Positions 22,581 through 34,499 of a stretch of DNA of 64,000 bases are shown here, in pieces. How positions within the stretch are numbered: position 1 is the stretch's first letter; every line of letters begins with the position of its first letter. A program made the translations under genes and the position numbers. The stretch comes from Lama glama (taxonomy: Eukaryota): positions 24,058,001 to 24,122,000 of the forward strand of contig CM052832.1 in NCBI GenBank assembly GCA_028534125.1, in the 5' to 3' direction. Below the pieces are notes generated by a model that was not told the origin of the DNA, searched no databases, and saw only the letters and a list, made by a program, of their open reading frames with translations.

Positions 22581-25159
22581 GGTGTATGTGAGTGTTGTCA
22601 GTGTCTTGGTACCTGAGGCCAAATCCTGTTTGCTTTTCTTGGTTTTGCTGAAAATAAGGCATGTGAATGTGAGCAAATTATATGTATAATATATAAATTA
22701 AGATGGTGGGGTTTTGTAAAAGCAGTTAAAGGAGAAATTTGCATTTTTCTTCCTGTGCATCTGAGACGTACATGGGCTACCTGAGCTCTCAAGGGAAAAC
22801 AGTTTTTTTTTAAACTCAAGCAGAAAAACCGCGAGATCCCTGGTTCTGTCTTTATGTAAAAATTAACTTGTGAATGAGCTCTGTTGACTTAAAAGTAAAA
22901 GTAAAAAATTTGCTTACAAATGAAATACTTCTAATTATTAAAAAAAGAGCAAATTTCAGGTTTACACGATCTAGGAGATAGTCAATATTGAATTAATATT
23001 TGATGTTAAAGCTAGCTTAATCTTGTTGGTATAATCAACACAGAAGTGTCTTTTTTTGTACCTAGGTTTACTGAAGGTCAATAAGTTCATTTCTGTTGCA
23101 GAATTTGTCAGCAGAAAGAAAAAGATTAACTTGGAATGATGAAATTCTCATAGTTAAATTAAATGCAAATGAGATAAGAGCTTTGGGGTGAACTCTTTAG
23201 AAATGATTAGGTTTTAGGAATGTCTACTTAAAATGATCTCTCCAGATATTTGGGAACCTGAAATTTTAGAGTTGTGCTAATTTAAGTTAAATGATGGAAG
23301 TATATTGAATAGTTGAATAGGTAGGTCATTCTGAAACAAAATAAGGTACTGAAACATTCACTAGAAATTAAGATCTTTTCAAGAGTTGAGGATTCTAATT
23401 CAAATATGTAATTAAAGCTACTAAAAGTAATGAGGGAAACATTTCAGCATACGGTAGGAAAGTAGGATATATGTTTTGAGTAAAGAAGGGTATGAGGAAT
23501 GGAATTGCGTTTTGTGAAGGAAAAGGAGACTAATTTGGTCCTAGAGCTGGTGGTTTCTGGATGGGGGAAAAAAATAAGGGCCAAACTAATGTGGATACAG
23601 AAAGTTGTGGAAAATTTGTAGAAAGGGAGCCCCCAAAAAGGAGTTTTGTGCATCGTTGGACTGAGATGAGTAAGCCTAATTAGGTAAATGGATCTTGTTA
23701 TTAAAAGTAGTCTGGTGCCAGGCTAGATTTGGTTCTTTTCTGTTAAGAGAACAAGTTTACTTGATATGCTTCTGATAACAAATTGTGTGAAACTGTGATC
23801 TTTTTGGCAAACTTCCTATCAAATTCTAATTAAACTTCTTCTGTCTTCAGCTGACTTTGGGATGCTTCAGAGGGTCCCTGAGACTTCTCAGAAAAATGTT
23901 GAACTAGGATTGGTTGGCATGTTGAATTGCATGGGAAGCATTGTCAAATGAGTGATAAACCCCCTCAGATTGTATCGTATGGATAGATGCTATTAATATA
24001 GATATTCTAGAAATGACATAGATTCTGAGATTTGACTGTCTTTTGGTATAATGCTGTCAGTCATGATCCTGGTTGTTACCTTGGGATGTTGTATGTCACA
24101 GTAACTTGATCAAACTTCTTTGTCAAAAACCTGGTAATCAAATCCTTTACCTTACCTTTTGGGTTTTTTTTTGTCATTCATAGATAGTTAACCTGATGCT
24201 TTGCAAACTGCTTCATCTTCAAGAAGGTTCATAAAAAGGACTTTTTGACAAGCACAGGTTTCTTTTAAATTATACTGCCGATCTGGGTATAATACTTTAA
24301 AAGCCTAATAAACTGATTTCCATAAAACTATTCGTAAAAAGGATTGAATGAACTTATGAATATAGTCACAACTTTTTGGTTTTGACTGAAATATTACTGA
24401 CTTTTAATCAATGTTTTCTAATTGAACCATTTACCAAATATTTGTCTTCCTATCAATATTGGCCCCAATATTTAGGATAGAAAGAGAATTCTCTAATGGA
24501 GTTGTCGTAGAGTATGACTGCTCATGATGTATGACTGCTTGCTTCATGTCTGTTGCTAAAAGCATGCGTACTATGCTTATGTAACAACTGGGTGTAACTG
24601 ATAAAATAGATGGTCTATAAAGTGTGTCCCCATTGACATATCTCTGATCCTGTTCATGTCTGATTCGTTTTCCCCCAACATGGATAACTAGACAAGTATA
24701 AAGGAGGCCTATCACCACGGGACATGATCTGAACCTGGGGCAGGAGCTAGCACCCCAGCATCGAGGGACAGATATTTTGATCATCAGTGCTTTCTTCTGA
24801 AGGATTTTCGGTCAGGAGGGGAGTTGATGGAATGGACCTGCATGTATTGAGGTGTGGGGAGGTCATTCTGGCTTGTACACAGTTCAGCTGGGACTTTGCC
24901 GACCAGGGCGGCCTGTTCTATGGTGTTTGGGACACACATTGTGCATATGCTTTGCCTTGAGGAGGGGAATGCATTTGACAGTCTGAGTGGAGTGGCTGTG
25001 GTTTAGACATCCAAGGTAGAGCTGGGTGACTGTTGTGGACGTGATTTCAGGCACGTTCCTGTGTTGTTGAGAATGTGAATTTTCTGAGCTTTATCACATT
25101 CAGGACACCAGCAGCCATTCTCAAAGCAGTGTCTGCTGGCAGATGGCAGCTTCAACCTT

Positions 25160-25393
25160 ATGCCCTCCAGGTCTCCTCTTGTAACCATTAAATTTTTAGA
25201 CAATAAAATTGCTTTAGATCAGATGTTAGCAGAAAAAAGGAGACGTGTAGTGACCAATAGTTCTTATTATATATATGCTAATACCACATCAAAAGTTAAA
25301 ATCTACTCAGATAAAAGTAGACAGCTGGCTACCTGGCTACCAGTCTCCCCCAAAGTGCCAGGTCCAGGCTGGTTTTCAGGCTTATTCTCCTGA
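25160..25393 (+). pseudogene. env: Relic of retroviral env TM subunit (immunosuppressive domain)
   Basis: ORF contains LDNKIALDQMLAEKRRRVVTNSSYYIYANTTSKVK...RQLATWL...WFSGLF, matching the gamma-type TM pattern LDNRxALDxLLAEQGGVCxxxNxSCCTYINxSxxVE...QATWL...WFxWL. The CX6CC motif is destroyed. Confidence 0.85.
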
Positions 25394-25699
25394 ATTCTTC
25401 AGGGAATGTGATCTTAATCATAGAAGACTCAGATCCAGAACTTAGAACTTGGAAATTTTTCCAACTCGTCCATTCCCCAAATTGAGGTAAGGGTATGCCC
25501 CATTTCAGCAAGAAGTAGCCAGAAGTGGCTGTCACCTCATTCCTTGAAATATTCGGGGAAGGGTAAAACAGGATTGGACATTAAAACCAAGTTCCTCCAC
25601 CGAGTTTATGATCAACTTGTCTATCCAAAATATGATTGCTCTTCTTGTCCAATGCCTGTTCTCCTCAAAATTGAGGAGTATCAAAGAAAAGGGGGGAAC

Positions 25700-26166
25700 T
25701 GTAACTGAACAGGACCCTGTGGGGCTTTCCTGGGAAAGACCGCACCCCCATATCCTCTGCTGCAGCTCCTCTCTGAAGGACCCAGATCATAATATCTTAC
25801 GCATATTCTTTGAGTTTTTCAGATGCTAAAAACCACCACCAAATGGGAGACATTAACTACCTGATGATTATGAGCACGTAGCCCCCAGACCTTCCGATGC
25901 CCAAGAATTGATCACCATCAACCAATCAGAGAATTGTGCACAGCTGATCACAGGCCCTGGGCTGCCCCGCCTCTCAGCTGGTCTTTAAAAAGGCTCAGTT
26001 GAAACCCTTGGGGAGCTTGGGGTTTTTTGGGCATGAGCCACTCATTCTCTGAGCCACAGTTCTCTTTGCTTGGCCCTGCAATAAACCTTTCTCTGCTCCA
26101 AACTCCGAAGTTCCAGGAACTGTTTGGCCTCACTGTGTCAGGCACACGAACATGCATTTGCTAACA
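25700..26166 (+). mobile_element. 3' LTR of the ERV (467 bp)
   Basis: Follows the PPT, runs TGTAAC...CTAACA, and has a TATA-like TTTAAAA at about 25984 and AATAAA at 26080-26085. Confidence 0.93.
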
Positions 26167-26170
26167 ATAC

Positions 26171-26480
26171 CAAGTATGTAGATGAATCTCAAGTGCATTA
26201 TGCTGAGTAAAAGAAGCCAGTCTCAGGGCTGCAGGCCATGCTGTTCCATTTATATTACACTCTGGGAAAGGCAAAATTCTAGAGAGAGAGATGAGACGAG
26301 TGGTTGTCAGGGGCAGAGGAAGATTTGACCAAGCATAGCATGAAGGAATTTGGGGGGAGGGTGGGGAATGGAAGTACTCTGTATCCTGATTATGGTGGTG
26401 GTTATATAAATACATGTGTGTTATAACTCAATGAACTGTATAACCAAAAAGTTAATTTTACAGTATATAAATATTGAAAA
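26171..26480 (+). mobile_element. Continuation of the old L1 3'UTR after the ERV
   Basis: GATGAATCTCAAGTGCATTATGCTGAGTAAAAGAAGCCAGTCTCA...CTGTATCCTGATTATGGTGGTGGTTA is the L1MB/MC 3'UTR that normally follows ...GCAATAAAAAG. Confidence 0.85.
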
Positions 26481-27814
26481 GATAGACAAGACTACACTTG
26501 GATCAGAAAGAATCTGAAGAAGGTGATTGCTATAAAATTTAAGATAGTGGTTGCTTTTTGGGGGGGAGGGAACATGGAGGAAATTTTAGAATGGCTGGCA
26601 AATTTTTTTCTTTACCTTAAAATTATTTCTTATGGAGGCTATACACACGTGTAATTTTCTATATCTATATTTTATTTAACAATAAAAGGATATGTAGCTA
26701 TTGTATCAACAAAATTCCAACAAAAATTCCAGAATGGTTTTATATGTCAAGGAAGAGAAGTTCTAAGGTATTGAAAATTCTGTCGCTTAAGCTGGACAAG
26801 TGAGCATTCATATTATGAGTACCGTTTAAATGCTACACACCTTATTAGTATAGTTTATTCTTTGCACAGATGTTTTATACACTCTTTTTTGTGTGTGATT
26901 TATTTCATGATAAAATCTTTTAACTGAACATTAACTCAGAGCATTTTCAAACATGCCGAGTGACGACACACTGTTTATTAAACTGACATTTCCCTACCTA
27001 CCTAATCTATGCCCAGCAAGGGCAGGATCTTTTGAGGCAGACAAGAAAAGTACAAGCTGCCTCTTGAATATTTTACATGGAGATTGTCTTCATGTTTTAT
27101 TCCTGTCAAAAGACAAATAGAATTAAAAGTAAGAAAAACAACAAAGCTTATGTCCTGCTTCAAAGAATTGGGGTCTTACTCAGGAGGTGAGAACACTAAT
27201 GAAAGAGCCTTGGGGAGCTGTTAGACTGAACTTCTAGACCTCTTGCCGTGAGCGTGCAAGTGAGCGTGCTGTGTGTCAAGGATGTGCACTTCGGGGAAGA
27301 GCTGATGCACGCAGTTGCACCCCAGCCTGTGTAGGTATTCACCCTGGCCACGCTTAGGTTCAAGCTTATTAGACTTTTAAGTCCACCTTTTCCAGGAGAA
27401 TGTATAAACACGGAACAACATATTTTAAGCTGAGATTCAACAGGAACATAAGCTACCATAAACAGAAATGTATTTTACAGGCAGCTTTCCAGGGTGGCAC
27501 CTATTCTAAACAGCAGAATACACCTACTTATGTATTTAGCATAAAGAAGCTGAAGGAAGTCAGACTCCAATTTTTCTGTTTTCTTATATTTCATGACATT
27601 TTATTACAGTTCATCTGCCTTCTGACTTTTCCCCATAACCTCCAGTACCTTAACATTCCTCCCTTTTGCCCTCTTTTTAGAACTGGGACAGCCTAACATT
27701 ATTAGCTTACTGTTGATTTAGAAGGTTCACTGGATGGCCGTTTTCAGGAACTCTTTTGGAGAGCAGTAGAAATGAGGCCCAGTGGGATTTTGGCATCATC
27801 TTCTGAGCCTTAAA

Positions 27815-27929
27815 GACTATATAACTTAATGTCTGAACTGGACAGTTTTGAAAAGCCGGGCCACTGGTATTTACTCGAGGTTAATGTAAACTAGGGCTGT
27901 CCTAGACAAACAGGGACACAGGTCACCCT
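27815..27929 (-). mobile_element. hAT-Blackjack MER81/MER94-like MITE
   Basis: Ends GCTGTCCTAGACAAACAGGGACACAGGTCACCCT, the reverse complement of the AGGGTGACC...GTCCC..TTTG terminus. Confidence 0.5.
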
Positions 27930-28649
27930 GGGTGTAACCAAGTGGTAATATACAGAGGAGACAACCAGGAGGGCGCTGGTAACTGACATGGTGATGGATG
28001 AGGCACTGTGGCCGTCTGGCCAGGTAAAGAGATGGAGCTAAAGGTGTGAGGACCACCTGGTCGGGCTTCATGCCTTTGGTGAGTAATCAAATTGGACAAC
28101 CTCTGTGAGCCTGTACAGATTCCAGTCATGGATGGAAAAGCATAGAGCTGTCAAGGTTGTGTGTGTTGAATGTGAGAATCCGTGTTTCGTGGTGTGAGAG
28201 TGTGTATGTGTGAAGGAAAGTGTCTGGCCGAAGTAACTCTTTCTGCTCACTTTCTGGATCCTGCTCTATTTTTATGGGGATACTGATTTTTTTAAAAATA
28301 GAGTTGGCCCACTGCTCGCCTTTCTTGAGTAGCCATAAAATCTGCTATGATTTCTAGGGGGTTCAACATGACTTTTTCTTCCTGAGTTGTGACAGTTTAT
28401 GAAGTTACACCCAGGATCATGAGCACACATGTGGAGGTGCTGGTTGGATGAGATCTTGGCATGACTGCACAGAGAGATCAGAGGGGAACAGGGGGCTTTG
28501 GAAGGCACTGAGAGAATACATGCATGATATACAGTGAAACAGAGCAGAAAGTCCCCAGAAACTATCCTACCTAAACACGCATCAGCCCTGCCCTCGCCTC
28601 TTTCTCAGCACACCTTTGCTCACAGGTCTCCAATATACACAAACCTAAC

Positions 28650-29520
28650 GTTCTTTCATCCATTAAAAACATGTATGCATCAGGACCCTACATTCTAGAT
28701 GCGGGGGACAGAGTGGCGAGTAAGACAGGCAGGCTCCATGCCTTCTCTGCAGTGAGGATGATGATAAACCAACACAAAGAGCTAAGATAATGTCAAAGAA
28801 CAAGGTGTGTGATGTAACCATAAAAGCTTAATGAACAGTAACTGAATGTTTACTCTGCCTCAGACATTGACCTATATCCTTTACATGTGTTAATTCACTT
28901 AATCCCACTAACACTTTTATGCTGCTACTGACATTATCATCCTCATTTTATAGATGAGGAAACTGAGGCACAGAAAGAAATATTACATCACTTACCAAGG
29001 TCATCCTGCCGGTAAGGGGTAAAACTGGAATTTAAACACAGACCACCTAATTCTTGAGCCCTCATTCTTAGCCATTATGTCACATGACTCTTGCACTGCT
29101 GGGAGGACCCCAGGTGAGTGAAAAGGTAGGAGGTGCCAAGGAGGACCTAAGTCTAGCTGAGATGAGGAACCTGCGTTAAATAGAGTAATCAAGGAAGACT
29201 TCTCTGAGGAGGGAGCGTTTAAGTTGAAACCTAAATAATGAGAAGTACTATCAGTTATGTGAAAAACTGAGGGTAGAATTTTCTAGGCAGAGAAATCAGC
29301 TAGTATAAGGATCCAAAGGCAGAAATAAGCTTGAATTGTTTGAAGGACAAGGCATGGGCAGTGGAGTGATCATGATCTTTGTGAAAAAGGAATCCAAATT
29401 TAAAGCAAAAAATCTGGCTTACTACTGCAATCTCATTTCCTTCATTTATAAAATGGAAATGATGAGTCAACCTTGCTCATTACAGAATTAAAGGAGATCC
29501 GTGGTAGCCAGTATTATAAT
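28650..29520. mobile_element. L2 and MIR fragments
   Basis: MIR core CCTCATTTTATAGATGAGGAAACTGAGGCACAGA at about 28940. L2-like GGAAGACTTCTCTGAGGAGG...TTCTAGGCAGAG at about 29190-29300. Confidence 0.7.
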
Positions 29521-29637
29521 CACTAATAACACGTTCACAGTGAATATAGCCTGGCTGGCTTGCCTTTTCCCATAAGAATATGTCTCTGTTGCTAGTTAAA
29601 GCTTAACTGAGCAGGTACTGTGTACCTAGCACATGGA

Positions 29638-29772
29638 TTTTTTTTTTAATTGAGGTATAGTTGATTTACAATGTTGTGGTAGTTTCTGGTGTACAGCATG
29701 GTGATTCAGTTATACATATATATTATTTTTCATTATAGGTTATTACAAGCTACTGGATATAGTTCTCTGTAC
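29638..29772 (-). mobile_element. Short young L1 3' tail inserted in a MIR
   Basis: T run followed by AATTGAGGTATAGTTGATTTACAATGTTGTG...TTTCTGGTGTACAGCA...TATAGGTTATTACAAG, the reverse complement of the L1 end at 11770-11900. Confidence 0.8.
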
Positions 29773-32399
29773 ACACATGAATTTTAAAGTCATCACATCT
29801 ATCTTGTAAGGTACCTGTTACCCTCATATTGTAGTTGAGAAAACGGAGTCTCTCAGAGGTTAGATAATATTTCCAAAGACAGATATCCAATGCATGGCAT
29901 AAAACTGCAGTCCTAACCCAGTTTTGTCTTGCTTTAAAGCACAAGGGTTTCTTTTCTACCTCGCTCCCTTGTAAATCACAAACTCATCTGTAGCAGGCTG
30001 GAAACAGGGTCCTGTCTGGATTATAGCATTGCCTCAGATACATACAGACACTGTGGTAAATCTTTTCTCGCTGGGGGTTATGATGAAGATGTTGATAATA
30101 CTGGAGTGATGATGCAGTAAAACAAAGTGAGTTGGAGAAATGGATTGCTTCGGCCACGTTCCTGCCCTTAGAGGTCGAAATGCTCCTGACAAAAGCATGC
30201 TCTTCCGCGGCTCTTAGGCTGTGCGGGCTTGGCCTGAGAGAATCAAGAATAAAGCTGATTGCAAACTTGGTGCCTAACAGAGAAAATAAAGACATCATTT
30301 ACTGACTGATTTGGACTAAGAAAAGATGTATTTACTTGCAGTTTATTATGTTGAATGTGACAGGCATACATTTGGGCTTTTTATTGAATGATGACTTACT
30401 ACATACAGGAATTGGTGCAATTTGTAATGCAGATTATGTTTTTAAACAAAAAAGGGTGCAAATACACTGATGACTGTCACATGACTTGCTCTGCACTTCT
30501 CAGAAAGTGGCTTGAGCGTGGGCGGAACGACAAATATACCCTAGATGCACAAATGTAATTTCCAAAGAAGACGATTCTGGGCAGCTTCCAATTCAGTCGG
30601 GCAGATTTAGACAGAAGAATCCGTGGCTAAGAAAAGCGAAGGATCTTAAAATAGCCGGAATTGGAGTAGGATCATTTGAATCACTCTCATTAACTGCTGA
30701 GATGCCTCCAGACAGAGCAGGATGAGCCACAACCAAAGTCGGGGTGTGGGATGGGAGAGTAGGTGTCCCATCTTTGTAAGCTGGCATGAGTTACACTCCT
30801 GCAAATCCTGTTTTTCCTCCTAATAACGGGAGGTGGGGGCAGGAGAGACGAGGAAGAGCTCTCCATTCCACGTGGAAAGTGGCAGAGAGAGAGCCCGGTC
30901 CACAGCTTATTTTCTCAGTAATGAGTTTTGTGACCTCATCGGCTTCTAGGCATTGGGCCAAACCTCGTCTTGTGATACATTCGTGCAATTCCTCGAGGTC
31001 GCAGACTTGGGTTTTCCACTTGGAGCGCCTTTGTGAAATTTCCCTGTGGGCAGGATTCAGCCTGTTTTCCCCGAAAATCAGCCCCCATATTCATAACTGC
31101 ACGGACCATCCCAGTTTCTTTTAGATGAAGGCAAAATTGATCCATTGCTTTTCTTCATCTGTCTGTTGGGCTTTACAGCTGATTTCATCCAGGACCCAGC
31201 CATTAAGAAAGCACGTTCATTCATGTTAATAACGCCCATTTAAGCTGCTGGTGAGTAATATCGGAGGGAATGTGTGACGGAAGGTGCAACCCCTGCAAAG
31301 ATGTGAAAATAAGTGGAAACATTTTTACTTCAAGACTTTCATGTGTCTCCAGGGAGGGCAGTGCAGGGCAGGATATTTTCAAATCGTGGGTCACGGTTTT
31401 CTCATTTAAAATGAAAGCTTTTTTTCCGTGTAACAGAGACGTGGCGTGCACAACGGGACACGTCAGAATGCTTTCTTCTTGCAAAATCTTGGCACTTCAC
31501 AATGAATTCCGCTGTGGAGACTTTGACTCCTCTCTCCCTCACTTGGTAACTTACCAAAGGCAGTTTCCATCCTGACGATGACATGACGGGCGAGCCCTGC
31601 AGCTCACCCAGGCTGGAAAGCCCTATGCCCCCCCCCACCGTTCCCCCTACCTGCGTCTACATTTCAAAGAAAAGCTCAGCTTGCCAGCTCTTGTCAAAAG
31701 GTACCACAGACAGCGGTTCCATTTAAGGCCTGGCTGCTGCTTTGGAGGCTGGAACAATTCGGGTCTGCGCTGCAAATCCTTGCTCCCAACAAATGCCTGC
31801 GATTGAGGCTGACAGAGGGGTCGTATGCCTTGTTTTTCTAGGTGGTGAGGCCTCCGGTATTTAATTCTGGGCAGCCCATCATGGACTTCCTTGCCTTGCC
31901 TTCTGCAGGTGTGCTTTTTTTCTCCTCTGATTACCCAAAGGGGGCCTGCAATTGTGCGAATGATCTGGGTGATGAGATGGTGAGAGAGCCCTGCCAGAGG
32001 ACTTGGCTCCTCAGAGAAGCCAGGCCATGTGAGCACAATGCCTGGCTTAGTCTTAAAACCAGCTGTTATTTTACACAGAGATAGTTTGATCAATGGCCTT
32101 TGGTCTTATTTCATTTGGTTCAAATTCATGGCGGAACATGATGGAGGAAAAGGGGACCCATGATAACCATCCCCCCTCCTCCTCCCCCAACTTACCTGCC
32201 CTGACCACCCCACAACCTCACCATACCCCCCAGATGCCTCCAGGGTAAACCTTAGGGGCTGACTGGGTGCAAGGCAGTGGTGTGGAGAGGGAAGAGGAGG
32301 TACCTTCTTGACCCCTTCTAGAAGTAAAGAAGTGGCAGTAAGGACAGGGTCCTTTCTCCTCCAGCACTAGTGCCAATTTGGATGAACTCTTGGAGAACC

Positions 32400-32839
32400 T
32401 GTATTAGTTTGCTTGAGCTGCGTAACAAAGCACCACAAAGTGGATGCCTTAAACAGCAGAAACTATTGTCTCACTGTTCTGGAGGCTTGCTGTCCACAAT
32501 GAGGTGCCAGTAGTGTCGGTTCCTTGTGAGGGCTTGAGGGAAGCTCTTGTTCCAGGCCCCTCTCCTAGCTTTTCATGGCTAACTGGCCATCTTTGGCATT
32601 CCTTGGCTTACAAAAGCATCAACCCAATCTCTGCCTTCATCTTCATGTGGTATTCTCCCTATGTGCATGTGTCTGTGTCCAAATTTCCTATTTTTAATAA
32701 GGCTACCAGTCATAAGAGCCCACCCAGATGACTTCATTTTAACATGATTACATCTGTAAAGACCCTCTTTCCAAATAAGATCAGCGGTTAAGACGCCAAC
32801 ATATCCTTCTTGGGGACGGACATATTTCAACCCATAACA
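32400..32839 (-). mobile_element. MaLR solo LTR (MLT1C/D-like)
   Basis: TGTATTAGTTTGCT...GTAACAAAGCACCACAAA...TTCTGGAGGC...TTCAACCCATAACA, with a near-TSD GAACC/AAACC. Confidence 0.88.
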
Positions 32840-34499
32840 AAACCCATGTTTAATTTCTTTTCTAATTCCACTTCCTGTACACGTGCAGCCTCTAGCACGT
32901 TGGTCATGCTCTCTTCAAATTTGCTGCTGTCCCTGAAGGACGCCTTGGGCATTCTTTGACCTTGATATTACATAGAAGAGGGAGTTTTCCTTTCCCATGG
33001 CTTTGAGTTTCCCATGCTTGTCCATGAAGAGAAGAGCCAGTTCTGTGACTATTTACTTGATGTTACACTTGAGGACCAGTACTCTTAAGGAAAGGAGAGA
33101 GTTATTCAGCAAGTGCTTGCTGTGGGGGCCCATAGTGGCCGCTGGCCCTGAAGACCAGGCCCTCTGCTCCTGCACAGACAGAAACAAGTTGTACTGGCAG
33201 CCGCCTCCTCTCCCCACATCTGCCAGACACAGCTGTGAGCCCCTGTCCGCCTGCACATGAGGAGGATGGGGGCGTCAGCCAGCCAATCGGTGTCTGCACC
33301 AGAATCAGGGCTCATTTTCCGTGTCTTAGGTTAACAGGTGGTACTCTTATTTGTGACCTGCTAGCCTCTGGACCTGGCCAGCCTGCCTTCAGGTTGAGAG
33401 GATGCTCTGGACCGGCTCACATCTATCTGGATCACCAGGGCCCACCTGACCCTTGATATGTATTTTTTTTATCAGTAATTTGATTCCTCACCTGGCCCAA
33501 CCTGGCACATGGGCTTGGCATCCAGTTCCCACCTGAATTCAGAACCCCCTTCCCCACCCCAGAGCCGTTCTAGATCTGCACATAAATTGGGGTCCTCACA
33601 ACAGCCTTACTGACAATTCCTATTTTACAAATGAAGGGACAAAGATGAGTTTTAGTGAAGGTGCAGAGTTAGTGGTGAACACACTTGAGATGCAAAGGTA
33701 GGATTTCTGATTACGAATCCAGTGTTCTTTCTGATATCCCAGGAGTAATGGCCATGACACTCAGGAAGCAAAATTGACTGATGGTGACAACTGCTGTGCT
33801 CCCAATCCACCCTTGTGCCCACGTCCAGGCCACGCTTCCCCTGGGTCTGCTCCAGGCAGCGACCTGGCTCTACAGAGTCCTGGCGTGACCTACTGCTGTG
33901 AGATTGCCCTCCTCCCACTGGGGAGTTCAGCTTAAGGACTGCATAGCTGCCAGACCAAGATTTTCTTAGCAGCGTGCTGCAGGCTGAGGTTCTCCCTAGC
34001 CAACCCTCCTTTCTTTCCTTCTTCCGCAGAGGTCAGCCCTGCATCATGTTCCAAAGACTGGCTTCATCTCCGCTGGCTCTCTCTTCTTTTTCTCTCACAG
34101 ACTGTAAGCCCCATAAATCTCTTGCGCGTCTCATTCTGTCTTGTTATCTACTCCTCAGAGGACCTGAACGATCATGCCAGGCTTCCCTGCTCTGCCTGGG
34201 AAGTGATGAGCTCGAATGTCAATTCATTATCTGTGGAGTATCTTCCAGGGACTCAGTGTTTTCAACACTTGGCTGGGGCTAGGGAAGGAGGAATTAAAAA
34301 TGGCAAAGGAGGACAGAAATGAGGAGGGATGCAGAACAATCAGATGCCATGAGACTCCTGCACATGAAACATCAGGGAGATGTAAGACAGCTCTCTTGTT
34401 GAGTGCCAGCTTACATGTGAAGGATGTGACTATTGTAGGCATCAAAGGAGACAAATACTAAGAGACCTGGGGTCTTCAAGAAAGATGAATCATCAAGGA

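Larger units (their letters stand above)
20477..26166 (+). mobile_element. Non-autonomous class I (ERV1/MER4-group-like) endogenous retrovirus, 2-LTR provirus
   Basis: Direct-repeat LTRs (TGTAA...TAACA) at both ends and a 4-bp TSD ATAC (20473-20476 and 26167-26170). Also a TGG-initiated PBS-like site at 21510, PPT AAAGAAAAGGGGGGAA (25683-25698), and gag and env relics. No pol ORF is recognisable. Confidence 0.93.

Noticed and set aside
25160..25393. Functional captured env (syncytin-like or suppressyn-like gene)
   Set aside because: Only 77 codons, with no signal peptide, SU, furin site or fusion peptide, and the CX6CC motif is destroyed.
30388..30470. Possible C/D box snoRNA (ATGATGA ... 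CTGA)
   Set aside because: No terminal stem and no recognisable rRNA/snRNA antisense element. Such motif pairs occur often by chance.
31647..32093. Longest ORF (148 aa, minus strand)
   Set aside because: Non-ATG start and no recognisable homology. Its length is compatible with chance in 64 kb.
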